From the NCBI GenBank assembly GCA_038212275.1, contig JBBQUR010000005.1, positions 1-64,000 on the forward strand: a DNA stretch of 64,000 nt, read 5' to 3'. Positions 9,496 to 18,623 of the stretch are shown one piece after another. Position 1 is the stretch's first letter, and each line of letters starts with the position of its first letter. This DNA comes from Planctomycetota bacterium. GTDB lineage: Bacteria; Planctomycetota; B15-G4. Under the pieces are notes generated by a model. The model made no database searches. It was not told the DNA's origin and saw nothing but the letters and a program-made list of their open reading frames with translations. A program made the translations under genes and the position numbers.

Positions 9496-10371
9496 TCATG
9501 TGTTGGTGCGGATGCTGCCGGCCTGCGGGTCGGTGGAGCCAACCGGCGGGGCCGCCGTGCCGGCCGCAGCCGGAGTCCCACTATCGGCCGGCGCGGCAAT
9601 GATCCTTTGCAGCTCGACGTTGAGCTTGAAGATCTCCTCGAGCAGCTCGCGCTTGTGCTGATAGCCCGGATCCCCGGGCTGAAGCGGGCGGCCGATGTCG
9701 GCGAGGAAGGGCAGCCCTTCGGCCCCGGCGGCTCGCGCCCGGGCCAGCAGCAGGTCGGATTCCTCCAGCTTGCGGCGGAGCTTCTCGATGCGCCGCTGGA
9801 GCTGGGTGATGCGGGCGTTCTGCTCGCGGCGCACGCGCGCGGCCACGAGCACCCGGTAGTTCTCGAGGTCGGTCTCGACCAGGGCCAGTAGCTCGGCGAT
9901 CAGAGCCGGTGCCACCTCGTGCCCGGTCAGCAGGCCGGTCAGGTGCTCGGTGAGCTGTGCCCGCAGCTGGGAGAGCTCCTGCTCCATGGTGGAGGAGCCG
10001 GCCACCTGTTCCGTGGACAGCTCGCTTTCGGCGCGCTGCAGCTCGTTGCGCAGGCTGCCCTGCGCCGTGGTGAGCTGGACCTCCTGGCTCCGCAGCGACT
10101 CGAGCGTGGCGGCCAGGTCGTCGCGCTCCTTGACCAGCTGCATGAAGCGCAGCCGGGCCTCCTCGTTGAGGCCCTTGATGGAGTCGGCCTGCAGCTCCAG
10201 GCCCAGGGCGTGCAGCGTCTCGTCCACGGCGGTGGCCAGCAGGGTCTCGATGTCCGAGGCGCGCAGCACCGAGACGGAGCGGTGGCCTTCGCGCTTGAGG
10301 CGCTCGAGAGACTCCTGGCGTGCGGCGCCCCGCAGCAGGTGGATCACGTTGAAGGTGAGCTTGCGGCTCAT
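9496..10371 (-). CDS. Coiled-coil protein, likely co-transcribed with the MamK-like actin
   Basis: Leu/Glu/Gln/Arg heptad-rich helices, C-terminal KRELLEEIFKLNVELQ; ~60 bp upstream of the actin gene. Confidence 0.75.
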   Translation of the reverse strand: MSRKLTFNVIHLLRGAARQESLERLKREGHRSVSVLRASDIETLLATAVDETLHALGLELQADSIKGLNEEARLRFMQLVKERDDLAATLESLRSQEVQLTTAQGSLRNELQRAESELSTEQVAGSSTMEQELSQLRAQLTEHLTGLLTGHEVAPALIAELLALVETDLENYRVLVAARVRREQNARITQLQRRIEKLRRKLEESDLLLARARAAGAEGLPFLADIGRPLQPGDPGYQHKRELLEEIFKLNVELQRIIAAPADSGTPAAAGTAAPPVGSTDPQAGSIRTNT

Positions 10372-10581
10372 CGAAGTCCCCGGAGCCGTGACATCGGCCA
10401 ACCTGGCATCAAAGCTTGCGTGCGATCGTGTGAAACAGCAGTCTCAGGGTCAAATCGCGTCCAGTCCGCGCAGGTCCTTTTCGACTCGGCCGGGGCGGGC
10501 CCGACATTCCGGACCGCGGCCGATATCCAGCCGCGGCACTCCGCTGGTCGATGACGTCGGACACTTCCGAGGCAGCCGCGC

Positions 10582-11373
10582 ATGATCTGGCCTTTCGCAT
10601 CCCGCAAACAGCAGCTCATCGCGCCCCGGGTGGGGGCGCCGGGCGACATCGTGGTGCTGCTCGACAACGTCGTGGATCCGCGGCTCGTGGTCTACCACGA
10701 CCCGAACGGCTACCAGGCCGAGCAATACCGTGGTTTCCGCACGAATCTGAACGCGATGAACCCGAAGGACGAGCCGCGCACGCTCATGTTCACGTCGTCG
10801 CAGCCGCGCGAAGGCAAGTCCATCTCCGTGGCGAACATCGCGATGGCGCTCGCCGAGAACCAGCACCTCAAGGTCTGCCTCGTGGACGCGGACCTGCGTG
10901 CGGGCAGCGTGGCCAAGCTCTTCGGCGTGCGGCAGAGCCCCGGCCTCACGGACGTGATGCTGGACCGCGTCTCGCCGAAGCTCGCGCTCCAGGAGAGCCG
11001 CCTGCCGGGCCTCTCGATCATGACGGCCGGCCGGCACGTCGACAATCCTGGTGAGGTGCTCGCTTCCGACCACATGCAGGAGCTCATCGGCTGGCTCAAG
11101 CGCAGCTACAACTACGTGCTCTTCGACACCTCGCCCTGTCTGCCGTTCGCGGACGCGGCGGAGCTCTCCCGGTTCATCGACGGAGTGCTGCTCGTCGTGG
11201 CCATCGACGACACGCGTCGCAGCGAAGCGGGGCGTGCGATCACCGCGCTGCAGGCCGCCGGCGCCAACGTGGTGGGGACCTTCGTGACGGGCGCTCTGCC
11301 GTTGGACCGCATGTCCGATGCCGCCAGCTACGAAGCGGCCGAAGAGGCCCGGGACGCAGCGCGCAGCGACTGA
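10582..11373 (+). CDS. Stand-alone CpsD/CapB (BY-kinase, MinD/ParA-like) ATPase domain
   Basis: AEQYRGFRTNL, TSSQPREGKS (Walker A), VDADLR (A'), VLFDTSP (Walker B). Confidence 0.85.
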   Translation: MIWPFASRKQQLIAPRVGAPGDIVVLLDNVVDPRLVVYHDPNGYQAEQYRGFRTNLNAMNPKDEPRTLMFTSSQPREGKSISVANIAMALAENQHLKVCLVDADLRAGSVAKLFGVRQSPGLTDVMLDRVSPKLALQESRLPGLSIMTAGRHVDNPGEVLASDHMQELIGWLKRSYNYVLFDTSPCLPFADAAELSRFIDGVLLVVAIDDTRRSEAGRAITALQAAGANVVGTFVTGALPLDRMSDAASYEAAEEARDAARSD

Positions 11374-11416
11374 TCGCGAGGCGCGGCCGTCGAATGGCAG
11401 GCCCTTCCCGAACCGT

Positions 11417-11436
11417 TCCAGACAAAAGTCTGGACA
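11417..11436. promoter_or_regulatory. Candidate operator upstream of the CarH-like regulator
   Basis: Perfect inverted repeat TCCAGAC-AAAA-GTCTGGA, with repeated GACA half-sites. Confidence 0.4.
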
Positions 11437-11454
11437 GGGGCGGCCGGCGAGGCG

Positions 11455-12402
11455 ATGACATGCAGCGTGTCATCACACCCACCAGAGACCGGTTCCAGCG
11501 GGCGGCCCAAGGATCCCGAGGCTGAGGAATACCTCTCGATCGGCTCTCTGGCGGAGGTCACGGGAATCGCCTGCGACACCATCCGCGTGTGGGAGCGCCG
11601 CTTCGGCCGGCCCGTGCCCGTGCGCCTGCCCTCCGGGCATCGACGCTACACGCGGGACGATGTGCGCTGGCTGCGCCGCATCGCGGAGGCGCTGGCCCGC
11701 GGGCACAAGCTCGGTGCCGTCATCCAGGCCAACGAGGCCGAACTCAGCCGCCTTCTCGAGCGCCGCGATGCCGCCGTCGCGGACTGGGAACTGCGCCAGC
11801 TTGCCGACATGGCGCGCGACTTCCGCAGCGCGGAGCTGACGGCCGCCCTGCGCGCCGCGTGGTCCTCGATGCCTCCGTGCGAGTTCCTCGAACGGCGCAT
11901 CGGGCCGCTGCTCTCCGGAGTCGGCGAAGCCTGGGTGGAAGGCACCCTGCAGGTGCGCCACGAACACTTCCTGAGCGAGGTCATCGAGGATCTGCTGCGT
12001 TCGCTGCGCGTGGGCGTCCCGGTGCCGACGGGTGCGCCGGTGGTGATGCTGGCCACGCTGGACGGTGAGGACCACTGCCTCGGCCTGCAGATGGCGGCGC
12101 TGGTGGCGGCACTTGCAGGCATGCGGCCGTGCATCCTCGGGCGCGGCGCTCCGCTGGTCGAGATCGAGGCCGCCGTCCGCGAGTCCGGTGCGCGCGGCCT
12201 GGCCATCGGCGTGTCGCTCGCGAACGCGGGCGTGGCGACGGATCGCAAGCTGGCCGAACTGCGCAGCAGCATCCCGGGCCGCGTGCGCATCCTGGTCGGC
12301 GGCGCGAGCGCGCGCGGCGTGCGCCGCGGTCCGCGCGGCATCGACTATCTCGCGGAGCCGGGCTTCGCGGCCTTCCAGCGCTGGCTCGCTTCGTTGCGTT
12401 GA
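11455..12402 (+). CDS. MerR-family regulator with cobalamin-binding domain (CarH/LitR-like)
   Basis: MerR HTH (IRVWERRFG...GHRRY), W-x9-EH motif (WVEGTLQVRHEH), GEDHCLG B12-ligand motif, ILVGG. Confidence 0.85.
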   Translation: MTCSVSSHPPETGSSGRPKDPEAEEYLSIGSLAEVTGIACDTIRVWERRFGRPVPVRLPSGHRRYTRDDVRWLRRIAEALARGHKLGAVIQANEAELSRLLERRDAAVADWELRQLADMARDFRSAELTAALRAAWSSMPPCEFLERRIGPLLSGVGEAWVEGTLQVRHEHFLSEVIEDLLRSLRVGVPVPTGAPVVMLATLDGEDHCLGLQMAALVAALAGMRPCILGRGAPLVEIEAAVRESGARGLAIGVSLANAGVATDRKLAELRSSIPGRVRILVGGASARGVRRGPRGIDYLAEPGFAAFQRWLASLR

Positions 12403-12634
12403 GGCCCGGCCCCGTGCGCGCGATCGGATCGATCGCCGAGCCTTGGCTCTGCTTGCAGCAGCCCCAGGTGATGTCGCGCCCTGCGCTGGCGCGTGTGACC
12501 ACCAGCAGGAAGGCGCCGTGATGCTTGCAGCCTCCGATTCGCCTCGCTGTCGGCCTCAGCGCCGCGCCGGGGCTACCCGGACCGTGCCGATGGCGCTACC
12601 GTGGGAACAGACCCGTTCCGAGGGAGAGATCACC

Positions 12635-13984
12635 ATGCTGAGTGTCCTGTTCGCATGCCTGCTCGCGGTGAGCGCCAGTTCGACCCTGCCGGACGAATCG
12701 AGCGTCGTCGCGACCGATGTCGGTCTCTATCTGGTCCTCAAGGGGCAGCCCGCGCAGCTCGTCCTGACGCCGCCGTTTCTTGGGCTCGCGTCTTTCAATG
12801 AGCCAAGCGTGACCTGGCTCCCGGGGACGGATGATTTCATCCTCACGAGTCGCGGCACCGGGACCACCGGGCGCCTCGTGCGCGTGACGGTCACGGCGTC
12901 GGGCTCGGCCACTTTCGTCGAGCTGACGAACAGCGTGCCGGTCTCCATCGGTCGCGATTTCGCGGATGCCGACTACTCGCTCGGCCTCGACACGCTCTTC
13001 GTGGTCAATCGCAACGAGGGCCTCGTGTGGGCGTGGGCCAAGCCCGGGAGCACCAGCGCCGCTTCGGCCGTCGTCTGGGCTGCGCTCACACCCAGCCAGC
13101 CGATCTCCGTCGCCGTCAACGGCGCCCACTCACCCTTCAGCCTCATCGTCGCGCAACGCACCGACCCGGTCGTGCGCGTCATGAAGTCCGGTGTCACCGT
13201 GCTCAACACCACCATCTCGCCGCAGCAGGTGGCCTGCAACGGGACGACCGGCGAATGGTATGCGGCCGTGACGGGGTCAGGCTTCGTCGGCGTTCCTTTC
13301 AACGGTGTCGGGATCGACTTCAACGCGTCGGGCTTCTGCGGTTCCCCCGCGAAGCAGCCCGAGGACGTGCAGTGGGATCCGGTGGCGCGACGCGCCGTGG
13401 CGCTCGGTGGCGACGGCGCAGGCTGCATCGACAATGCCTTGCCGACCGGAACCAATCACATCGTGCGCCTTCCGCTCGCCGCGAGCGGTGGTCCGCCGAG
13501 CAACAAGCCGGTCCTTCTGACGGCCAACGGGCCGTCCGGCATCGACGGCATCGACGGCGACCTCGCCTACGTGCGCCATGGCGGTGGCGACCTCACATGG
13601 TTCGGCTCGCCCGGCGTCTCGGGCGCAGGGCTCGCGCCCGAAATGGACACGGCGCAGTCCTACGGCGGCGCTCCGGCGATCGGCAAGGCCTTCAGCGTGC
13701 TCGCCAGTCAGGCGCCGCCGAGCGCTCCGGCGACGCTCGTGATCGGCGTGGCGTCCGCGCCGGTGACGGTGCAGGGACAGTTGCTCGTGCCCGCGCTGCA
13801 CCTCCTGGTGCCGTTGATGACCGATGCGAGCGGTGACGCCACGCTGCCGCTCGCGATTCCGAACGACAACAACCTCGTCGGCCTGGTGCTCTACATGCAG
13901 TGGTGGTTCTCCGACACGACGACGCCGCAGGCCGGCGACCTCGTGAGCACGCAGACGGCGATCACCGCCATCGGGCTGAAGTAG
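12635..13984 (+). CDS. Secreted beta-rich protein with shared C-terminal domain
   Basis: Signal peptide MLSVLFACLLAVSA; RBS GGGAG; C-terminal GGAPAIG...TDASGDATLPLAIPNDNNLVGLVLYMQWWFSD. Confidence 0.75.
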   Translation: MLSVLFACLLAVSASSTLPDESSVVATDVGLYLVLKGQPAQLVLTPPFLGLASFNEPSVTWLPGTDDFILTSRGTGTTGRLVRVTVTASGSATFVELTNSVPVSIGRDFADADYSLGLDTLFVVNRNEGLVWAWAKPGSTSAASAVVWAALTPSQPISVAVNGAHSPFSLIVAQRTDPVVRVMKSGVTVLNTTISPQQVACNGTTGEWYAAVTGSGFVGVPFNGVGIDFNASGFCGSPAKQPEDVQWDPVARRAVALGGDGAGCIDNALPTGTNHIVRLPLAASGGPPSNKPVLLTANGPSGIDGIDGDLAYVRHGGGDLTWFGSPGVSGAGLAPEMDTAQSYGGAPAIGKAFSVLASQAPPSAPATLVIGVASAPVTVQGQLLVPALHLLVPLMTDASGDATLPLAIPNDNNLVGLVLYMQWWFSDTTTPQAGDLVSTQTAITAIGLK

Positions 13985-14044
13985 CGGCTCCGCAGCGGCC
14001 CCGCGGCACTCGCAGGCCGGCCACTCCCGGAGCCTCGACCGCCC

Positions 14045-15460
14045 ATGCGCATCGTCCTGGCCGTCCACGGTTACCCGCCGGAGCTGGCGGGCGGCACGGA
14101 GCACAGCGTGCAAGCGCTGGCGCGCGGGCTGGCAGGAGCGGGGCACCACGTCGCGGTCATCGCAGGCACGAACCACTACGAGCAGGGTTTCCGCACCAGT
14201 GCGACGACCGATCGCGACCCGGCGAGCGGCGCCAGCTTCCCGGTACACCGCATTCACCGCGGCGACCTCTACTTCGGGCACTGGCAGAAGAGTCGCAGCA
14301 CGCGCGCCAGCCTCGCGTTCGCGGCGTTGCTCGAACAGCTGCGTCCCGACGTGCTGCACGTGCACCACTGGCTGCGCCTTTCCAGCGATCTTGTCGCGCG
14401 CGCCGCCGCCGCTCGCGTGCCCGCCGTCGTCACGCTGCACGACCTGTGGACGACCTGCCTCGTCACCTTCCGCATCCGGCCGGACACGCAGAGCTTCTGC
14501 GAGGCGTCTCTCGCGCCGGATCCATGCCTCGCTTGCGTGGCGCACGTGCCGCCGCGCACGCCGTGGCGCACGTCGCGAGAGCTGGAGCTCGAGCTCCAGC
14601 GCCATCGCGCGGACCTGCAACGCGAACTGCGTCTCGCGCGCATCGTCACGGCCCTCTGCCGCGACCAGGCAGAAACGCTGTCGCGACTCGGACCATGGCC
14701 CTCAGGCACCGCGCCTGCAATCCACGTCCTGCCGCCCGGGAGGGATCTGTCACTGCCGCCGGCGGTGCCGCTTGCCTCGCCCTCCGGCCTGCGCCGTCTG
14801 ATCGTCGGCAGCTGGGGCGGCCTGCACTGGTTGAAGGGCACGGATCTGCTGATCGAAGCACTCAGCCGGCTGCAGCGCGAGGGCGGGCCGGTGGTGGAGT
14901 TGCACCTTGCCGGAAGCGAGGCCGAGACGTCAGTGGTTGCGAAGCTGCGCGCCGCGGCCGCTGGGCTGCGCGTGACCTTTCACGGACCCTTCGGAGCCGG
15001 CGGCCTCCCGGGCCACCCGGTCACGGCCGTACATGCCATGGTCAATGCCACGCGCGCTCACGAAACCTGGGGCCTCGTGCTCGACGAGGCCATCGCCCTG
15101 CGCCTCCCGATGGTGCTCCCGCGCGCGGGAGCTTTTCCCGAACACGTGGGAGAGCACCGGGGCGCGCTGTTCTATCCGCCTGGAGATGCAGGTGCGCTTG
15201 CGGCGAGCCTTGCGCGGCTTGCCACCGAGCCCGACCTGCTCGCGACGCTGCGGGCGCAGCTCCCGCCGCTGCACTCCGTGCTGCCCAGCCTGCGTGAGCA
15301 CGCCGATGCCGTGCTCGCCTGCTACGCGGCAGCATGTTCACAAGGCCCTCCCGACGCTCCTGCATTCGCTGCGGAGCAGGATGCGCAGGCCTCGCGGGCC
15401 GAGGCTGCATGGGATGTCGAACTCTCGCACCGGAGCGCCGAGGAACTGGGACTCGCATGA
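14045..15460 (+). CDS. Glycosyltransferase family 4 (GT-B)
   Basis: HGYPPELAGGTE, PDVLHVHH, VVTLHD, ETWGLVLDEA (Ex7E). Confidence 0.85.
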   Translation: MRIVLAVHGYPPELAGGTEHSVQALARGLAGAGHHVAVIAGTNHYEQGFRTSATTDRDPASGASFPVHRIHRGDLYFGHWQKSRSTRASLAFAALLEQLRPDVLHVHHWLRLSSDLVARAAAARVPAVVTLHDLWTTCLVTFRIRPDTQSFCEASLAPDPCLACVAHVPPRTPWRTSRELELELQRHRADLQRELRLARIVTALCRDQAETLSRLGPWPSGTAPAIHVLPPGRDLSLPPAVPLASPSGLRRLIVGSWGGLHWLKGTDLLIEALSRLQREGGPVVELHLAGSEAETSVVAKLRAAAAGLRVTFHGPFGAGGLPGHPVTAVHAMVNATRAHETWGLVLDEAIALRLPMVLPRAGAFPEHVGEHRGALFYPPGDAGALAASLARLATEPDLLATLRAQLPPLHSVLPSLREHADAVLACYAAACSQGPPDAPAFAAEQDAQASRAEAAWDVELSHRSAEELGLA

Positions 15461-15481
15461 GCGCTGCGACGGCAACTGCTC

Positions 15482-16063
15482 CTACCAGCGCTCGCGCGCA
15501 CAAAGCAGCAGCAGCGGCGTGAGCGAGAGTCCGTCCACGATCTCGCCGGCCAGCAGCATGTCGCGCAGCTCGGCGTGTGCGAACCAGCGTATGCCCAGCA
15601 CTTCATTGCGGTCGAAGTCCGTCGACGCGAGCGGCGCCACGTCCGCCTCGAAGAGGTGGAACTCCTGGTTGCCACTGCCGTAGCTGGGAAAGTACTGCTG
15701 TAGCGGGCGCATTGACAAAGCCTGATGGCCCGTCTCCTCTTCCAGCTCGCGCTCGGCGGCTTCGGCAAGGCCCTCGTCGGGTTCCGCGCCGCCCGACGGC
15801 AGGGCCCATACGTGCCGGTCCACGATGAAGCGGTACTGGCGGATGAGCAGGATCTCGCCGGGCCGTCGCGGCACGACGCCCACCGCACCCTTGCGATAGT
15901 CGATCGTGAAATAGGTGGTGATGCCGCGGTCCGGCATGCGCACGCGGCTGCGAAACACCGCGAAATACGGGTTGGAGAGCAGCTCCTCCCGGTCGAGCAC
16001 GTCCCAGCCCTTCTCCTGGGACGAACCGTCGGTGAACTCGTCGGGTGCTGGAGCCATGGGCAT
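15482..16063 (-). CDS. NUDIX hydrolase (ADP-ribose/NDP-sugar pyrophosphatase-like)
   Basis: LIRQYR and Nudix box PSGGAEPDEGLAEAAERELEEETG. Confidence 0.9.
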   Translation of the reverse strand: MPMAPAPDEFTDGSSQEKGWDVLDREELLSNPYFAVFRSRVRMPDRGITTYFTIDYRKGAVGVVPRRPGEILLIRQYRFIVDRHVWALPSGGAEPDEGLAEAAERELEEETGHQALSMRPLQQYFPSYGSGNQEFHLFEADVAPLASTDFDRNEVLGIRWFAHAELRDMLLAGEIVDGLSLTPLLLLCARERW

Positions 16064-16150
16064 TCGGGCCTCGCGCGGGTCGGATGGAACGAGGATAGCG
16101 GACAGCCTCGGGCCTCGTGTCTCGCACCGCACTCCGGCAAGGCAGTTAGG

Positions 16151-17374
16151 ATGTGGTTGATGAGGAGCAGCGGGAGCAGCGACGAGCCTTCGGCGCCGGC
16201 AGCGCGCGCACCGTACCCCGCGGCGTTGCTCGGCTCGTGGCGCGCCGCCGCGGACAGCGCCGTGGCCCGGCACCTGCACGTGGTCGTGCCGGACGTCGCC
16301 CGCTACGAGGTGCACTGCGAGCCCGGCTCGGCATCAAACTTCGGCAGCGCCTACGCCCGGCAGTTCGGCGCCCGCCCGCCCGTGGTGTTGAGCGATCACC
16401 GTGTGCATCGCCTGCACGGCAAGGCCTTCCTGGAGTCGTTCCGCACGGCGGGCCTGCAGCCGCAGCTGCTGCTCGTCCCGGACGGCGAGCGCAGCAAGAA
16501 CCTTGACGCCTTCACCAGGCTGCTCGACCGCCTCGCGGAGCTTGAATGCGATCGCCGCACGGTGCTGGTCAATTTCGGCGGCGGCGTGATTTCGGATCTC
16601 GGCGGTTTCGTGGCTTCGGCTTACATGCGCGGCCTGTCGTACGTGAACGTGCCCACGACGCTGCTGGCGCAGCTCGACGCGAGCATCGGCGGCAAGGTCG
16701 CGGTGAACACCGCGCGTGCCAAGAATCTCATCGGTGCCTTCCATCACCCGGAGCTGGTCACCTGCGATCCGGCCCTGCTTGCGACGCTCTCCGGGCGCGA
16801 CATGCGCAGCGGACTTGCCGAGGGCATCAAGGTGGCGATCATCGCCAGCCCCGAGCTGTTCGCGTGGATCGAGACGCACCGGCACGAGGTGCTGGCGGGC
16901 GACCCTGTGTCGCTCACAGGGCTTGTCGCCGAGGCCGCGCGTCTGAAACTGGCGCTGCTGGAGCACGATCCCTACGAGGCCGATCTGCGCCGGCCGCTCA
17001 ACTTCGGGCACACCATCGGGCATCCCGTGGAGACGGAGCTGGGCTACCGCGGCATCCGCCACGGCGAAGCGGTCGCCATCGGCATGGGCGTGGCCACGCT
17101 CGTCGCGCGCCGGCGGGGGCTCATCGACTCCGCCGACAGCGGCCGGATCCTGGACCTGTTGACCGCGTGCGGGCTGCTGTGGTCCGGCGAAGCGCTGCGC
17201 CCCGACGGCATCCTGGAACACCTGCGGACGGTGCGCCTCATCCGCGGCCGGGCGCTGCACTTCGTCCTGCCGCGGGCTCTCGGGGAGGTGCTCATCACCG
17301 ACGACGTCTCCTCCGCCGACCTCGTGCGCGGCTTCGAGGACTACGCCTGCCTCGTCCGCGAGCGCCTGTCATGA
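16151..17374 (+). CDS. Sugar-phosphate cyclase of the 3-dehydroquinate synthase superfamily (2-epi-valiolone-synthase-like)
   Basis: GGGVISDLGG, YMRG, PTTLLAQLDASIGGK, KNLIGAF, AEGIK, LNFGHTIGH, HGEAV; C-terminal DKK of AroB replaced by VRLIRG. Confidence 0.8.
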   Translation: MWLMRSSGSSDEPSAPAARAPYPAALLGSWRAAADSAVARHLHVVVPDVARYEVHCEPGSASNFGSAYARQFGARPPVVLSDHRVHRLHGKAFLESFRTAGLQPQLLLVPDGERSKNLDAFTRLLDRLAELECDRRTVLVNFGGGVISDLGGFVASAYMRGLSYVNVPTTLLAQLDASIGGKVAVNTARAKNLIGAFHHPELVTCDPALLATLSGRDMRSGLAEGIKVAIIASPELFAWIETHRHEVLAGDPVSLTGLVAEAARLKLALLEHDPYEADLRRPLNFGHTIGHPVETELGYRGIRHGEAVAIGMGVATLVARRRGLIDSADSGRILDLLTACGLLWSGEALRPDGILEHLRTVRLIRGRALHFVLPRALGEVLITDDVSSADLVRGFEDYACLVRERLS

Positions 17375-17859
17375 GCGACGCTCGCGCCAGCGACGCTGCG
17401 CCGCGCGTCGTGCATCTGGACGAGCTGCCGTTGCAGGACGTGGTGGCGCACGGCGGTGACGGACGCATCGGCTTCCGGCGCGTGCTCGGACAGAGCGCCC
17501 GCGATGCGCAGCACACCGCGGGCGCCTGGCACTTCGTGGACTACGCCGTGCTGCCGCCGGGCGCAAGTATCGGCCTGCATGCGCACGGCGAGAACGAAGA
17601 GCTTTACCTCGTCCTGCAAGGCGAAGGCCTGATGCAGCTCGGCGATCGCAGCGTGCGCGTGCGTGCTGGACACCTCATCGTGAATCCGCCGGGCGGCACG
17701 CACGGCCTGCGCAACGACGGCAACGTGCCGCTGCGCCTGTTCGTCGTCGAGGTGCCGCTGGCCGTGCCGCCTCATGCGGCACTGGCCGTGCCACTGGATG
17801 CGCCACTGGCCGTGCCGCCGGCAGGCCCCGCAGCACCTTTCTCGACACCTGCGCGTTGA
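17371..17859 (+). CDS. Cupin-domain protein
   Basis: IGLHAHGENEELYLVL and PGGTHGLRN; ATGA overlap with the cyclase. Confidence 0.85.
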   Translation: MSDARASDAAPRVVHLDELPLQDVVAHGGDGRIGFRRVLGQSARDAQHTAGAWHFVDYAVLPPGASIGLHAHGENEELYLVLQGEGLMQLGDRSVRVRAGHLIVNPPGGTHGLRNDGNVPLRLFVVEVPLAVPPHAALAVPLDAPLAVPPAGPAAPFSTPAR

Positions 17860-18623
17860 ACGGCCAGGCCGAGGCGCCGCTGCTCGACGACGTCACCGCC
17901 CTGGTGATGGCCGGCGGTCTCGGCACGCGCATGGCCGGCAGCCAGCCCTCGCTGCCGAAGCCTCTCGTGCGCGTCGGCGGCCACGCGCTGCTCGATCTCT
18001 CGCTGCGCCGGCTTCTGGCTGCGGGCGTGCGGGACATTCGCCTCGCCCTGCGCCACGAGGCTGCGGCGATCGAGGCGCACGTGCGTGCGCTGCCCGACGT
18101 CCCCGCCGGATGCGTGCGCTTCGTCGTGGAGCCGCAGCCGCTGGGCACCATCGGCGCCGTGTCGCTGCTTGCCGACGTGCAGCGCACGCTGCTCGTCACC
18201 AACGGCGACCTGCTGTCGGGGATCGACCTGCGCGCGCTCGGCGCCTTCCATCGCCGACGTGGCGCGGCGCTCAGCATCGCCACGCACGACGAGCACCATC
18301 GGCTGCGGTTGGGAGAGGTGGTCTCCGGGCCCGACGACGCCGTGATCGAATACGTCGAGAAGCCGGTCAAGAGCTACCGCATCTCGTCCGGAACCTACGT
18401 CATGCAGCCTGAGGTCATGGCGCTGGCGGCGCCCGGCGAATGGCTTGGCTTCCCGGAGCTCGCGCGGCGCGCGATCGATGCAGGCCTCAGTGTGCTGGAG
18501 TGCTTTCACCAGGAGCCGTGGCTGGACGTCAACGACGAGGACGACCTGCAAGCCGCCGAAGCGCTGCTGGCCAACGATCCTGCGGCCTTTGGCCTGACGC
18601 ACCCCGCGTTGCGACACCCATGA
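17856..18623 (+). CDS. Sugar-phosphate nucleotidyltransferase
   Basis: MAGGLGTRM, PKPLV, EPQPLGTIGA, NGDLL, YVEKP, WLDV; TTGA overlap. Confidence 0.9.
   Translation: MNGQAEAPLLDDVTALVMAGGLGTRMAGSQPSLPKPLVRVGGHALLDLSLRRLLAAGVRDIRLALRHEAAAIEAHVRALPDVPAGCVRFVVEPQPLGTIGAVSLLADVQRTLLVTNGDLLSGIDLRALGAFHRRRGAALSIATHDEHHRLRLGEVVSGPDDAVIEYVEKPVKSYRISSGTYVMQPEVMALAAPGEWLGFPELARRAIDAGLSVLECFHQEPWLDVNDEDDLQAAEALLANDPAAFGLTHPALRHP

Noticed and set aside
8343..11373. Magnetosome gene island
   Set aside because: Only a MamK-like actin is present; no recognisable mamA/B/E/M/O/P/Q or feoB in the window
16151..17374. Housekeeping aroB
   Set aside because: No DKK motif, no aroK/aroC context, and it is coupled to sugar-tailoring genes; not fully excluded without an assay
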